Positions 17,587 to 27,402 of a DNA stretch of 38,278 nt are shown here, one piece after another. The notes under the pieces were generated by a model. The model saw only the letters and a program-made list of their open reading frames with translations. It was not told the DNA's origin and made no database searches. Position numbers and translations under genes: made by a program. The stretch spans positions 1 to 38,278 of the IMG/VR virus record IMGVR_UViG_3300042210_000077. One strand, 5' to 3'. The stretch comes from a virus. Lineage: Duplodnaviria > Caudoviricetes. The stretch's first letter is position 1. Every line of letters starts with the position of its first letter.

Positions 17587-18708
17587 ATGAAACGCACAAG
17601 ATTCCACATTTCGGCAGCCGCAATACCCAAAAGCACGCGCCCGCTCATCGTAGAGGTGACGGCAATGGGGCAAGAAGCGCACATCAAGATCAACGGCCCG
17701 ATGTTCCATTGGAATGAAAATAGTGCCGCCGAAGTTGCCCGCAAGATTGCAGAGGTGAAAGCCAAAGGCATCACCGATGCCGTTGTGTATCTCAATACCG
17801 AAGGAGGCTCGGTCTTTCAGGCCACCGAGATCAACAACCTGTTGGAAGACAACTTCGACAGCATAAAGATTGTAGCCGGGGCACTCGTTGCCAGTGCAGG
17901 CACTTACTTATTGGCCAAGCATACTTCCGAAGGCAAACGCAATTCGCTCTTCATGATTCATAAGCCAAAAGGCTTCTTTGAAGGCAATGAGGATGAGGTG
18001 GTCTCGCAGCTTGAGATGCTTAGGATCATAACCGCTGAATACCGCACGGTCTATGCCGAACGTTTCAGCCAAACGCCTGAAGAGATAGACTCGCTTTGGG
18101 CATCGGGCGACTTTTGGATGAGCGCGGCCAAAGCCAAAGAAATCGGGCTTATCAACAGCATCATCGACGAGGAGGTTGACATAGACGAACCGACAGCCAT
18201 GCTCATATCAGCCTGTGGCTGCCCGATTGAGCCAACAGTAACGAAAAAACCACAAAAATCAAATACAAAAATGGAACTATCAACATTGGCGGTCAGCTTA
18301 GGCTTGACTGCTACAGCCACGCAGGCAGAAGTAGATGCCAAGTTGCAGGAAGTGCAGGCGAAAGCCCAACGAGCCGACGCGCTTGAGCAAGCTGCACAGG
18401 CATCGCTTGACAATGATATCAAGTCGTTGTTAGATGAAGCCGAACGCGCAAAGAAAATCACGCCGAAAGGCCGTGCCTTCTACGAAGCGATGGGTAAAAG
18501 TAACCTTGAAGGTTTGAAAGCCGTTTTGGCTGAAATCCCTGAGCCTACTGCCGTAAGCCAAAGCATTGACAAATCGAAACCTGCCGGGGAAGACCGCAGC
18601 AAGTGGACGTTTGCCGACTATCAGGAGAAAGCACCGGAAGCATTCATTGAAATGCTTGAACAAGAACCCGCTAAAGCCAAGGCATTGGCCGACGCGCATT
18701 ACAAATAA
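17587..18708 (+). CDS. ClpP-like head maturation protease fused to scaffold domain
   Basis: YLNTEGGSV, VASAG (Ser), FMIHKP (His), FWMSAAKAKEIGLI; helical C-terminus. Confidence 0.9.
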   Translation: MKRTRFHISAAAIPKSTRPLIVEVTAMGQEAHIKINGPMFHWNENSAAEVARKIAEVKAKGITDAVVYLNTEGGSVFQATEINNLLEDNFDSIKIVAGALVASAGTYLLAKHTSEGKRNSLFMIHKPKGFFEGNEDEVVSQLEMLRIITAEYRTVYAERFSQTPEEIDSLWASGDFWMSAAKAKEIGLINSIIDEEVDIDEPTAMLISACGCPIEPTVTKKPQKSNTKMELSTLAVSLGLTATATQAEVDAKLQEVQAKAQRADALEQAAQASLDNDIKSLLDEAERAKKITPKGRAFYEAMGKSNLEGLKAVLAEIPEPTAVSQSIDKSKPAGEDRSKWTFADYQEKAPEAFIEMLEQEPAKAKALADAHYK

Positions 18709-18727
18709 TCAAAATCAAAAAAAAGAC

Positions 18728-19732
18728 ATGAAAACAATCACAAGACTATTGTTTGCGGCATTGGCGATTTTCGCCTTTGGATTTTTCAACACCTCACAAG
18801 AAGGGCAGGCGTTGTCGCAAGACCTCACGCATCCCGCGCCTCAAGTGCTAATGGCGGCAGTTGCTTTGAATGAGTTCGCCGAGCGCGAGCTTATCAAACA
18901 ATTCAGGCACGTTGGCAGCTGGCTTGGAAGGGTCACTTCTAGGAATCAATGGGTCAACAACAACGTCATTAGACTGACAGAGATCGGCGCAGATCCTGCC
19001 GTGCTTATCAATAACAACACCTATCCGATTGCCGTGTCCTCAAGAACGGACGACAGCGTTGCCGTTTCACTTTATAAATATGACACTGAGAATACCAAGG
19101 TATCTGAAGACGAAATCTACGCGCTCCCTTATGACAAGCCCGGAAGCGTGCAAGAACAGCACAGATTGACTTTGGAAGAAACTACTCAAAGACACGGCCT
19201 GCACTCTATCGCACCTATGGCCAACACAGCAAGCACTCCGGTCATCGTGACAACAGGAGCATTGGTAAATGGCCGCAGACGGTTGACTTATGACGATTTG
19301 GTCAACTTCAAACAGAAGTTAGACGTGTTGAAAGTGCCAAAAGTAGGCCGCGCCTTGGTGTTGTCTTCTCACCACATCTCCGATTTGCTTTTAGAGGACA
19401 AAGCTTTAGCTATTCAGTATCAGAACCACACCGCGGGGCAGATAGCTACCAACTATGTAGGCTTCCAACTCTTTGAAGACGTGGATGCGCCTGTGTATGA
19501 CGGTGCAACCAGGCAGAAGATTGCTTTCGGCAGCGTTACGCCTGGTCTTGCCGCCTCTGTGGCATTCCACTTTGGCAGCGTGGTAAAAGCACGTGGCACC
19601 GTTGCACGCTTTATGCGGGCAGCTGAGAACGACCCAGAGAACAGACAAACTGTCGTCGGTTTCCGATTGTGGCATTTAGTCATCCCGACCCGTACGTTGG
19701 GACAAGGCGCCATCATTGACGCGACCGTATAA
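18728..19732 (+). CDS. Major capsid protein with hydrophobic N-terminal leader
   Basis: Follows the protease; GADPAVLINNNTYPI and VPKVGRALVL motifs; ATG at 18728. Confidence 0.8.
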   Translation: MKTITRLLFAALAIFAFGFFNTSQEGQALSQDLTHPAPQVLMAAVALNEFAERELIKQFRHVGSWLGRVTSRNQWVNNNVIRLTEIGADPAVLINNNTYPIAVSSRTDDSVAVSLYKYDTENTKVSEDEIYALPYDKPGSVQEQHRLTLEETTQRHGLHSIAPMANTASTPVIVTTGALVNGRRRLTYDDLVNFKQKLDVLKVPKVGRALVLSSHHISDLLLEDKALAIQYQNHTAGQIATNYVGFQLFEDVDAPVYDGATRQKIAFGSVTPGLAASVAFHFGSVVKARGTVARFMRAAENDPENRQTVVGFRLWHLVIPTRTLGQGAIIDATV

Positions 19733-19806
19733 CGATCAGTTACAAAAGGGGCTGCCTCACTAATGCAGTGGGCGGCCTCCCCCAAGGGGGAAAACTAAAA
19801 TACGAC

Positions 19807-20295
19807 ATGAAACACGCACTCATCTTAGCGATTCTTTTGGCCGCATCCGGTTGCGCAAGCAAAAGGCCTTTGCCGCCAACTGTCATTGAGAAGGTGCGAA
19901 CCGTTACTGAGACAATCAGAGACACAGTCTTTGTGGTTGAACCTGAGAAAAGCACAGCCACCTTTGAGGTGAATTGCCCGGATCAGCAGCAACCAACCAT
20001 TAAACCGACAGGCAGCAAGCCTGCCAAGAACCTAAAGCCGCCGACCGCGGACTTGTCGGGTAACGTCCTGACAGTAGATTGCCAAACGCTCGCTCAGGAC
20101 ATGTTCTTTCGGTGGAAGGAGCAGTTTGTCTTGGAAACGCAAAATAATAAGGAGTTTGTCAACGTGCCTTTTGAGCCAAGTTGGTTTCAGAAGCTGTACA
20201 TGGCCGTGGGCAAGGTCACGCTCTTGGTCATCATCATCGGTTTAGGATTGCGGTTTTCGCCGTTGAATATCAATGTTTTGAAATTTCTAAAATAA
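19807..20295 (+). CDS. Lipoprotein with C-terminal TM helix; unimolecular spanin candidate
   Basis: MKHALILAILLAASG-C lipobox plus C-terminal VTLLVIIIGLGLRF. Confidence 0.7.
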   Translation: MKHALILAILLAASGCASKRPLPPTVIEKVRTVTETIRDTVFVVEPEKSTATFEVNCPDQQQPTIKPTGSKPAKNLKPPTADLSGNVLTVDCQTLAQDMFFRWKEQFVLETQNNKEFVNVPFEPSWFQKLYMAVGKVTLLVIIIGLGLRFSPLNINVLKFLK

Positions 20296-20300
20296 AAATC

Positions 20301-20648
20301 ATGACAAAAAATGAAAAAATAGCAGATGACATCTTCAAAGCCGATGAGGCCGTGAAAGAAGTCTTTGTCTGCGACGACGGCACCGCCTTCGTCAGCAAAA
20401 ACATGGCAGACCTGCACGCCAACACCAATGCTTCCGGCAAGAAGTTGAAAGTGGAAACTTTCACCCGCCCCGGCAAGGACGAGGCCGCCGCCGATGCCAA
20501 AGCAGCAGCTGAGGCTAAGATAGCGGAAGCCGCTGCTAAAAAGCAGGCAGAAGCCGAAGCCAAAAAACAAGCTGAAGCAGAGGCAAAAGCCAAAGCAGAA
20601 GCCATCAAAAAAACCAGCAAGTCGAATGGCTCGCCTGAAATCCGATAA
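20301..20648 (+). CDS. Hypothetical structural-region protein with Ala/Lys/Glu-rich tail
   Basis: VFVCDDGTAF..KNMA.LHA N-domain; AKKQAEAEAK repeats. Confidence 0.7.
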   Translation: MTKNEKIADDIFKADEAVKEVFVCDDGTAFVSKNMADLHANTNASGKKLKVETFTRPGKDEAAADAKAAAEAKIAEAAAKKQAEAEAKKQAEAEAKAKAEAIKKTSKSNGSPEIR

Positions 20649-20650
20649 TT

Positions 20651-21871
20651 ATGGGACTGACAGGAGTTAAGATAAACAGACTAAACGGCGGCTTGGGCAG
20701 GAAGAATCCTACCCTTGACGGCGTTGCCTTGATCATCGTGAAAGGTGCGGTCGCTGCCACAGGGATTGCCCTTAAAACAGCGGTTGAATTGCTTTCACTC
20801 AAGTCTGCTGAAGACTTGGGCATCAACGCTACCTATGACGACACCAACTCGGTGTTGGCGCACTACCATGTGGATGAGTTCTTCCGGGTTGCACCGGACG
20901 GCAAGCTGTTCCTCGTTTTAGACGATGGCACGCTGACCGATGCGGAGATCAAAACGATACTTAAGCAAAACGCGAGCATCAAATTTATGGGGATTGTCAC
21001 CAACGCGGCCACAGGCCCGGATGTGCTTCCTTCTACGTTTGTGCCCGGCTATCAGACCTTGGTCAACGACTTGCGCGCCGAGAGCCGCAACATCTCAGCC
21101 GTGCTTGTGGAAGGCGGCTACTTCAATAGTGCCACCACTATCGCCACTTATGAAGACTTGCGCACGCTTGCTTCCGGCAACGTGTCTGTGGTGATCTCGC
21201 AAGACCCGGTTATCGCCGCACTAAAACCTGCTTATGCCACGCATGCCGCTATCGGCACCGCGCTTGGCGCATTGTCGGTCAGAGGCGTGAACGAGAGCCT
21301 TGGTTCTGTTGACATCATAAACAAACCGTCTGCCTCTCGCGGCCAAAGGGACTACCCGCTCACCGACCTTGCAAGAGGCCGCTGGTTGGATGCCGCTTTG
21401 CAATCGGGTAAAGCATTCAGCACGCTTACGGCTGCTGAGTTGCAAGCTTTGAACGATAAAGGCTACATCTTTGTCGCAAGTTACAACGGCTATGCCGGCT
21501 TCTTCTTCAACGACAGCCACACGGCGACTGCATTGTCTGACGACTTTTCGAGAATCGAAAACAACCGTGTCTTCGATAAAGCTGCCGACCTGTTGCGCAA
21601 CGTCATGTTGCCGAAGGTCAAAGCCAATATTGCGAAGAACCCGACGACCGGAACAATCGCCGATGCCGCCGCTACCGAGTTGGAAGCTTTGGGCAACGGC
21701 GCGCTGCAACGTATGCAGGCTGCCGGGGAGATATCCGGTTTTGACACCTACATAGACAGGGCGCAGACGCTTGAGAATGATGTAGCGCTACGCGTGAAAG
21801 CACAAGTGGTTGTGAATGGTATCATCCACAGCATTGAGATTGACCTTGGATTAACGAATAAACTGCAATAA
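20651..21871 (+). CDS. Tail sheath protein (DUF2586-like)
   Basis: NGGLGR start; LNDKGYIF, FFFNDSHTA and IENNRVFDKA motifs. Confidence 0.88.
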   Translation: MGLTGVKINRLNGGLGRKNPTLDGVALIIVKGAVAATGIALKTAVELLSLKSAEDLGINATYDDTNSVLAHYHVDEFFRVAPDGKLFLVLDDGTLTDAEIKTILKQNASIKFMGIVTNAATGPDVLPSTFVPGYQTLVNDLRAESRNISAVLVEGGYFNSATTIATYEDLRTLASGNVSVVISQDPVIAALKPAYATHAAIGTALGALSVRGVNESLGSVDIINKPSASRGQRDYPLTDLARGRWLDAALQSGKAFSTLTAAELQALNDKGYIFVASYNGYAGFFFNDSHTATALSDDFSRIENNRVFDKAADLLRNVMLPKVKANIAKNPTTGTIADAAATELEALGNGALQRMQAAGEISGFDTYIDRAQTLENDVALRVKAQVVVNGIIHSIEIDLGLTNKLQ

Positions 21872-21872
21872 A

Positions 21873-22301
21873 ATGGGAACTGAAATCATCAACCACTTCG
21901 GCAAGGTCACAGGATGGAATCACGTATCTACACGCATCCTCGGACGCGACATCGTCGGGATCACCGAGGTGTCCTACGACGACAATGTTGACATTGAAGG
22001 CGTGAAAGGCGCGGGTCAGTACGACATCGGCGTAGGCGAGGGTAACTATACTGCCAAGGCAAGCATCGCGCTTACCCAAGAGGAAAGAGTCGGCATCTTG
22101 AACGCATTGCCTCCGGGCTTCCGCATCCAAGACATCGATGCCTTCCCAATCGTGGTGACGTACGACAACAACGGTGTCATCTATCGTGATGTCATTCAAG
22201 CGTGTCGCTTCAAAAACAACGGCGTAGAAGTCAAACAGGGTGACAAAAGCATCGCGTTTAAGTTTGAACTTTATACGCCAAAAATCGACTTCAACATCTA
22301 A
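21873..22301 (+). CDS. Tail tube protein
   Basis: Follows the sheath; GRDIVGITEVSY, GVGEGNY and VKQGDK motifs. Confidence 0.85.
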   Translation: MGTEIINHFGKVTGWNHVSTRILGRDIVGITEVSYDDNVDIEGVKGAGQYDIGVGEGNYTAKASIALTQEERVGILNALPPGFRIQDIDAFPIVVTYDNNGVIYRDVIQACRFKNNGVEVKQGDKSIAFKFELYTPKIDFNI

Positions 22302-22326
22302 AAAACATCAACTTCAAATATCATCT

Positions 22327-22363
22327 AAAGCCCATTTAAAACCATTTTAGATGGGCTTTTTTT
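22327..22363 (+). terminator. Intrinsic terminator after the tail tube gene
   Basis: aaagcccatttaaaa-cca-ttttagatgggcttt stem followed by a T run. Confidence 0.75.
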
Positions 22364-22378
22364 AAAAACAATCAAGTC

Positions 22379-22744
22379 ATGGCCAACGAGAAAAAAGCAC
22401 CAAAAAACAACGAAATCAGCGCGGAACAAATCGCTGAATGGAAAAAAACAAAATCCAACGTCAAGGAGATCTCTATTCAAGTTGACGAAGAAGACATGTC
22501 CGACAACGCAGAGGTGGCAAAGTTCATCATCTGTGCGCCTACGCGTAAGATTCAGGAAGCTATCAATAAGTACGCTGCCGACAAGAATATCGATGCCATC
22601 AACAAGCTGCTCGTCACCAACTGCGTGTTGGGCGGTGACATGGAATATCTGTCTGAAGATGGCGACTTGGGCATCTACCTTGCTGTATTGGAAGAGGTGG
22701 GAAAGTTGATGAAGAAGCAGCGCGTGACTTCAAGGCGTCTTTAG
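22379..22744 (+). CDS. Tail assembly chaperone (gpG-like)
   Basis: Between tube and tape measure; contains in-frame G GGA AAG at 22699-22705. Confidence 0.8.
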   Translation: MANEKKAPKNNEISAEQIAEWKKTKSNVKEISIQVDEEDMSDNAEVAKFIICAPTRKIQEAINKYAADKNIDAINKLLVTNCVLGGDMEYLSEDGDLGIYLAVLEEVGKLMKKQRVTSRRL

Positions 22745-22968
22745 ATGCCGGAAGCTTAGGCGAACCGGGCGAGGATGCCGAGCTGTGGATTTCACAAATA
22801 AACGCCATCCTGCGCAGGCATTACCAAGTTGACCCCGACGCGCTGAGCGACGCGGATTGGATGAAAATGTACAACGAATTCCTCTACACCGAAAAGCTGA
22901 GACGAAAATTGTTAAAAGAGACCTTTCAAGCGGCACTTGAAGAAGTGCTATCAAAAATCAAAATGTGA
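22699..22968 (+). CDS. -1 frameshift extension of the tail chaperone (gpGT-like)
   Basis: The -1 frame is open from GGGAAAG to TGA at 22968 (…INAILRRHYQVDPDALSDADW…). Confidence 0.8.
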   Translation, partial: GKVDEEAARDFKASLDAGSLGEPGEDAELWISQINAILRRHYQVDPDALSDADWMKMYNEFLYTEKLRRKLLKETFQAALEEVLSKIKM

Positions 22969-25091
22969 GCACGACCACGACATCTTGGGTACTCGAACTG
23001 ATCGATAAGATCAGCAAGCCGCTGCGCGACATAGAGCGTGCAGGAAGTGGTGTGAACGCTACTGTTGACGACATCAACGACCGTTTAAAAGTTCTTAAAA
23101 CTGAGACGTCCGATGTTACCGGACGGCTGAAAGGCCTCGCTATCGGTGCCGCCGCTTTCGGCGTTTTGGCCGCAGGGTCTATCCAATTTCAGGAGGGCAT
23201 GGCACGCGCCAACACGATGGCAGGCCTTTCCACCGAAGCATTTAAGCAAGTTGAAGATCAAGTACGCGGCATCGCCGAGGTGGTGCCGATTGCCAAAAAG
23301 CAGTTAGCGGAAGGGCTATTCGCCACGATCAGCGCGGGCGTGCCGAAGGACAATTGGATCAGCTTCCTGGAGAACAGTTCCAAGGCGGCTGTTGCCGGAA
23401 ATGCGGAGTTGGGCGTGGTGGTTGACTCCACCGCTTCCACTATCAAAGCTTACGGCTTGGCGTGGGACCAGGCAAACGCCGTGCAAGACCGCTTTCAAGA
23501 CACCGTTAGGCTTGGGCAGATTCCTTCGCTTCAGGCATTGACAGATGCCTTGCCACGTGTAACAGCCGTATCGGCTAAATTGCAGGTTTCACAAGAAGAA
23601 TTACTATCGGTCTTTGCCACTGCCTCCGGCGTGATGGGACAACCCGCCGAGGTTGCTACCCAATTGAACGCCGTGTTAGCGGCCTTATTGAAACCGACAT
23701 CGGAAGCCACAAAGGCGGCTGAGAAGTTAGGCATTGCCTTCAACGCATCGAGCGTGGCACGTTCGGGCGGTCTTCAGAACTTCATCAAAGAGCTGATTCC
23801 TCAGATTGAGGACTTGAGCCGCAGAACCGGGCAAAATCAAGAAGAAATTATAGGCCAACTTTTCGGCAGCCAAGAAGCTATCAAACTCATTATCGGGCTT
23901 GGCGGTGAATTGGCAGAAGGTTGGGCAAGCAATACAGAGAGCCTCAAGAACTCTGCCGGAGCGGTGAACACCGCTTTCGACATCATGTCTGAAACGACAT
24001 CGACAAAGCTTCAGCTCGTGCGGAACTCGTTTGGCAACGTCATGGACAGAATCGTCAACGAGCTTTCGCCTTTTATACAAATGCTAATTGACGGCGCATC
24101 GAAAGTACTGCAATTCACATCTGCTTTTATCGAAGCTAATCCGACAATTTCGCAATTCATCATCGTTGGCGGAGGCGCGGCTTTCGTGTTGACAGCTGTC
24201 TTAACGGCTATCACACTTGTAAGCTTGCGCCTCGAAACGATGAAGTTGAAGCTCATTCAAGCTTCACTTTCAAGCAACGTGTTTACGGCTGCAATTGGCC
24301 GTGGTGCCATATTCCTTTGGAACATGGTAGCGGCGGGAGCTTCACAGATTATCAGTCTCGCCGGACAGGCAACAGGATACGTGTTGGCGGGGGCTTTGCT
24401 CGTGGGCTCATTCCTTACCGGATTGGTGTCTGCGACTGCCGCTCAGTGGGGTCTCAATATTGCCATGAACGCCAACCCAATCGGGTTGATCGTACTTGGT
24501 TTGGCAGCCATCATCGGGGTGATTGTTTTGGTCATTAAATATTGGGATGAAATCAAAAACGCGATCATCAAATTCACGGTTTGGATTGTTGAACATTCGC
24601 CTTTTGCTTTCCTCATCGATCTGACAGACAGGGTGTTCCCCGGCTTCAAACAGAAGATCGCCGAGGTGTTCAACTTTGTCAAAGATCTTGCGCTTGCCGT
24701 TTGGGAGCGCGTCAAAAAAATATGGGAAGACATCAAAGCCTTCTTTGGCTTTGGTTCTGACAGCAAAGTAGAAGTTGAAGTCGGCGTGAAGCAAAAAGGA
24801 AAAGTAGAAGGCGCGAGCCCGAATACTGACCTCAACCTCAGTTCAGCAGCTACACAACCGGACGCGAACGCGACGAACACAGTTGTCACGCCGACGGATG
24901 GCAATGGCAAGGGCAACACCGTCACCGGAACAGGCGGCGGCAACGGCAAAACAATCAATATGACACTCAACATCACAAACAGCTTCAATATGGCAGCGGG
25001 TAAGTGGCGTGAACAAGTAGATGAGATTGCCAACCAAGTGGTTGGAAGGATAAACGACAGGCTGAGGGACAGCGTAATTGCATTAGAATAA
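22965..25091 (+). CDS. Tape measure protein
   Basis: 708 aa, TP901-like core, hydrophobic region and AMNANPIGLIV motif. Confidence 0.92.
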   Translation: MSTTTTSWVLELIDKISKPLRDIERAGSGVNATVDDINDRLKVLKTETSDVTGRLKGLAIGAAAFGVLAAGSIQFQEGMARANTMAGLSTEAFKQVEDQVRGIAEVVPIAKKQLAEGLFATISAGVPKDNWISFLENSSKAAVAGNAELGVVVDSTASTIKAYGLAWDQANAVQDRFQDTVRLGQIPSLQALTDALPRVTAVSAKLQVSQEELLSVFATASGVMGQPAEVATQLNAVLAALLKPTSEATKAAEKLGIAFNASSVARSGGLQNFIKELIPQIEDLSRRTGQNQEEIIGQLFGSQEAIKLIIGLGGELAEGWASNTESLKNSAGAVNTAFDIMSETTSTKLQLVRNSFGNVMDRIVNELSPFIQMLIDGASKVLQFTSAFIEANPTISQFIIVGGGAAFVLTAVLTAITLVSLRLETMKLKLIQASLSSNVFTAAIGRGAIFLWNMVAAGASQIISLAGQATGYVLAGALLVGSFLTGLVSATAAQWGLNIAMNANPIGLIVLGLAAIIGVIVLVIKYWDEIKNAIIKFTVWIVEHSPFAFLIDLTDRVFPGFKQKIAEVFNFVKDLALAVWERVKKIWEDIKAFFGFGSDSKVEVEVGVKQKGKVEGASPNTDLNLSSAATQPDANATNTVVTPTDGNGKGNTVTGTGGGNGKTINMTLNITNSFNMAAGKWREQVDEIANQVVGRINDRLRDSVIALE

Positions 25092-25729
25092 TGGTCAACG
25101 TAGATTTAGACATAAACGCGCTCTTTGAAATCGCCTTTGGAATTAAGGGCTTTGTTCGATATCAGGCATCGGTAGGGCAGGAAGAAGTGCGGGCAGACGC
25201 GGCGCGCTTTGACGGCATACCCGTCATCAGCGATCCTGTGGAGGCTTCAAGGATGAGTTTCATGGGAACGCCCATCATCTTCCCGGTTAAATTCCGTGGT
25301 GGCAATTACAACTTCTTCGACAGCCAAGGCGATGTGGTCGTGTTTCAAATGGATGACTTCGAGCTTCCGGCAGCCACTTTGGTGGACTTCCGCAGGCCTA
25401 AGATCATTACAACCAGCAGGGCAGTTGCCACCGAAGGCACAACCAAGGAGATTTACGGCTTTGACGATTGGCAGGTGGAGATCAGGGGCATCGCCTTGCG
25501 CGACCCTTCCCGCACAACAGACGTAACGGCCTACGAACAACACTTGCGGCTGCTCGAGTGGGAAAATGTGGTAGATGCCATCAGCGTAAGCGGCGACCTG
25601 TTCGTTGACAAGAACATCAGTCATTTGGTTATCAAAGAGGCTGAGTTTAGGGCTATCCAAGGCAAGCCCGGTATGATGCCATTTGTGTTTAAATGTGTGA
25701 GCGACAAGCCCGCCGAACTCTTCTTATGA
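25091..25729 (+). CDS. Tail/baseplate initiation protein (DUF6046-like)
   Basis: GTTKEIYGFDDWQVEIRG and C-terminal CVSDKP; follows the tape measure. Confidence 0.75.
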   Translation: MVNVDLDINALFEIAFGIKGFVRYQASVGQEEVRADAARFDGIPVISDPVEASRMSFMGTPIIFPVKFRGGNYNFFDSQGDVVVFQMDDFELPAATLVDFRRPKIITTSRAVATEGTTKEIYGFDDWQVEIRGIALRDPSRTTDVTAYEQHLRLLEWENVVDAISVSGDLFVDKNISHLVIKEAEFRAIQGKPGMMPFVFKCVSDKPAELFL

Positions 25730-26715
25730 TGGTGAAAGCGATGGTAGCACGGATAACGTTTGGAGCTTCAAGAGGACGGCAGCAGTTCGTACTGAAGAAG
25801 CCGACATCGGTGACGGTGGAGAGCAGTTGGAAGATGCTGACGGACACCGCCACGATCACCATGCCGCGCAACGTGTATATGGACGGGCAGAAAGGCTATG
25901 AAAAGATGCGCATCAAAGACATCTTGGTGGCAGGTGACCCGGTCAGCATCGAGTTGGGCTACAATGGTCAGTACGTGCATGAGTTCTCCGGCTATGTGAC
26001 CCGCGTCAGTGCGGATGTGCCGGTCGAGATACAATGCGAGGACGAGATGTTTATCTTGAAGTCTATCCCGGTCAATGCGAGCTTTCAAAAGGTTTCCCTT
26101 CAGAAGTTGCTCGAAACGATATTGCCGGGGCGCGACATCGATGCTTTAGAGGTCAACATTGGCACGGTGCGTTTTGTAAAGACTACTGTTGCGAAGGTGT
26201 TAGAATTCCTGAAGGACGAATACAGCCTGTTCAGTTATATGAAAGGCAAGCAGTTGGTAGTGGGCAAAGTCTATGCAGATGACATCGTTAAGAACGTTCA
26301 TCAAATCGTGTTGGAGAAAGACGTGGTTTCGCACAGCCTTAGCTATCGCAACCGGGACGACATCAAGATCAGGATCAAAGCCGTTTCCACCCTGCCGAAC
26401 GGCAGCAAGTTGGATGTGACCGTGGGCGATGAAGAAGGCGAAGAGCGGCAACTGAGCTATTACGGCATCGAGGTGAAAGCAGAGTTGGAGAAGTTGGCGT
26501 TGGAAGACCTGAAGAAGTACAAAGTAGATGGCTTCGACGGCACGGCGGATGTGTATGGCCTGCCTTTGATACAACACGGCGACATCGTTGACCTGACTTC
26601 GACACAATATCCGGAGCGGTCGGCTAACTACTTTGTAGAACGCACCAAGGTGACGTTTGACGATCAACCGCAGTACAGAAGGAATGTTCAATTAGGTGAC
26701 AAAGTGACGGCATGA
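25726..26715 (+). CDS. Baseplate hub protein (gpD/Mu gp44-like)
   Basis: SWKMLTDTATITMPR, IELGYNG...FSGYV and IQCEDEM motifs. Confidence 0.82.
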   Translation: MMVKAMVARITFGASRGRQQFVLKKPTSVTVESSWKMLTDTATITMPRNVYMDGQKGYEKMRIKDILVAGDPVSIELGYNGQYVHEFSGYVTRVSADVPVEIQCEDEMFILKSIPVNASFQKVSLQKLLETILPGRDIDALEVNIGTVRFVKTTVAKVLEFLKDEYSLFSYMKGKQLVVGKVYADDIVKNVHQIVLEKDVVSHSLSYRNRDDIKIRIKAVSTLPNGSKLDVTVGDEEGEERQLSYYGIEVKAELEKLALEDLKKYKVDGFDGTADVYGLPLIQHGDIVDLTSTQYPERSANYFVERTKVTFDDQPQYRRNVQLGDKVTA

Positions 26716-27188
26716 GCAAAGAGTTAGACGAATTTACCCGGCTGCTAAAGGACAGGCAGAAGGCATCGCAGAAGCCTCACATCGTGTGGGCAACAGTCAA
26801 GGAAGTAGATTGGGATGCCAAGCAGATGACCGCAACAGGCCTACTTGACGGCTTGGACTACTACGAAGTGCAGTTGGGCTTAGGCTCGTTTTACCGCAAG
26901 CCGGTGGTTGGCACTAAGTGCCTGCTCGGTGTGATTGAGAACCAATCGGCGGCCACTTTTCTGATAGAAGCCGAGGCATTTGAGGAAGGCGTTTGGACAT
27001 CGGAAAACACGCAGTTGGTCGTAAAGAAGGAGGGCATCGCGCTCAATCGGAACGGCGAAGAACTACTGACCATATTGAATGAGCTTATAGACGAGGTCAA
27101 CAAGATAAAAGTAATTTATGGTAATACAGTGAACATCGCCGCGGTTACAGCGATTAAAAACCGTTTAAACAACGTTCTAACGACGTAA
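26712..27188 (+). CDS. Baseplate spike-like protein (gpV/gp45 position)
   Basis: OB-fold-like N-terminus, KPVVGTKCLL; synteny. Confidence 0.65.
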   Translation: MSKELDEFTRLLKDRQKASQKPHIVWATVKEVDWDAKQMTATGLLDGLDYYEVQLGLGSFYRKPVVGTKCLLGVIENQSAATFLIEAEAFEEGVWTSENTQLVVKKEGIALNRNGEELLTILNELIDEVNKIKVIYGNTVNIAAVTAIKNRLNNVLTT

Positions 27189-27189
27189 A

Positions 27190-27402
27190 ATGGCAATAAC
27201 TGAACAACAATTATCGGCGCGCATCAAGGCCGCTTTGGATTTCAACAGCGACAATCCGGAGGTGGACATCCCCACCGCGAGGCAACAGTTAGCTGATGAC
27301 ATCGCTTCGGCGGTCAATGACTTTGTGGTAAGTAGGACGGTTGCCGTGACGGGCGTACAATCGGGAAGCGGCGCGGTAGAAGGAACAATTAACGCAGACT
27401 AA
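27190..27402 (+). CDS. Small baseplate-region protein
   Basis: Packed ORF; TGVQSGSG motif. Confidence 0.65.
   Translation: MAITEQQLSARIKAALDFNSDNPEVDIPTARQQLADDIASAVNDFVVSRTVAVTGVQSGSGAVEGTINAD

Noticed and set aside
20480-20610. Repeat element or TolA-like gene
   Set aside because: This is low-complexity Ala/Lys/Glu coding sequence within a small phage ORF.
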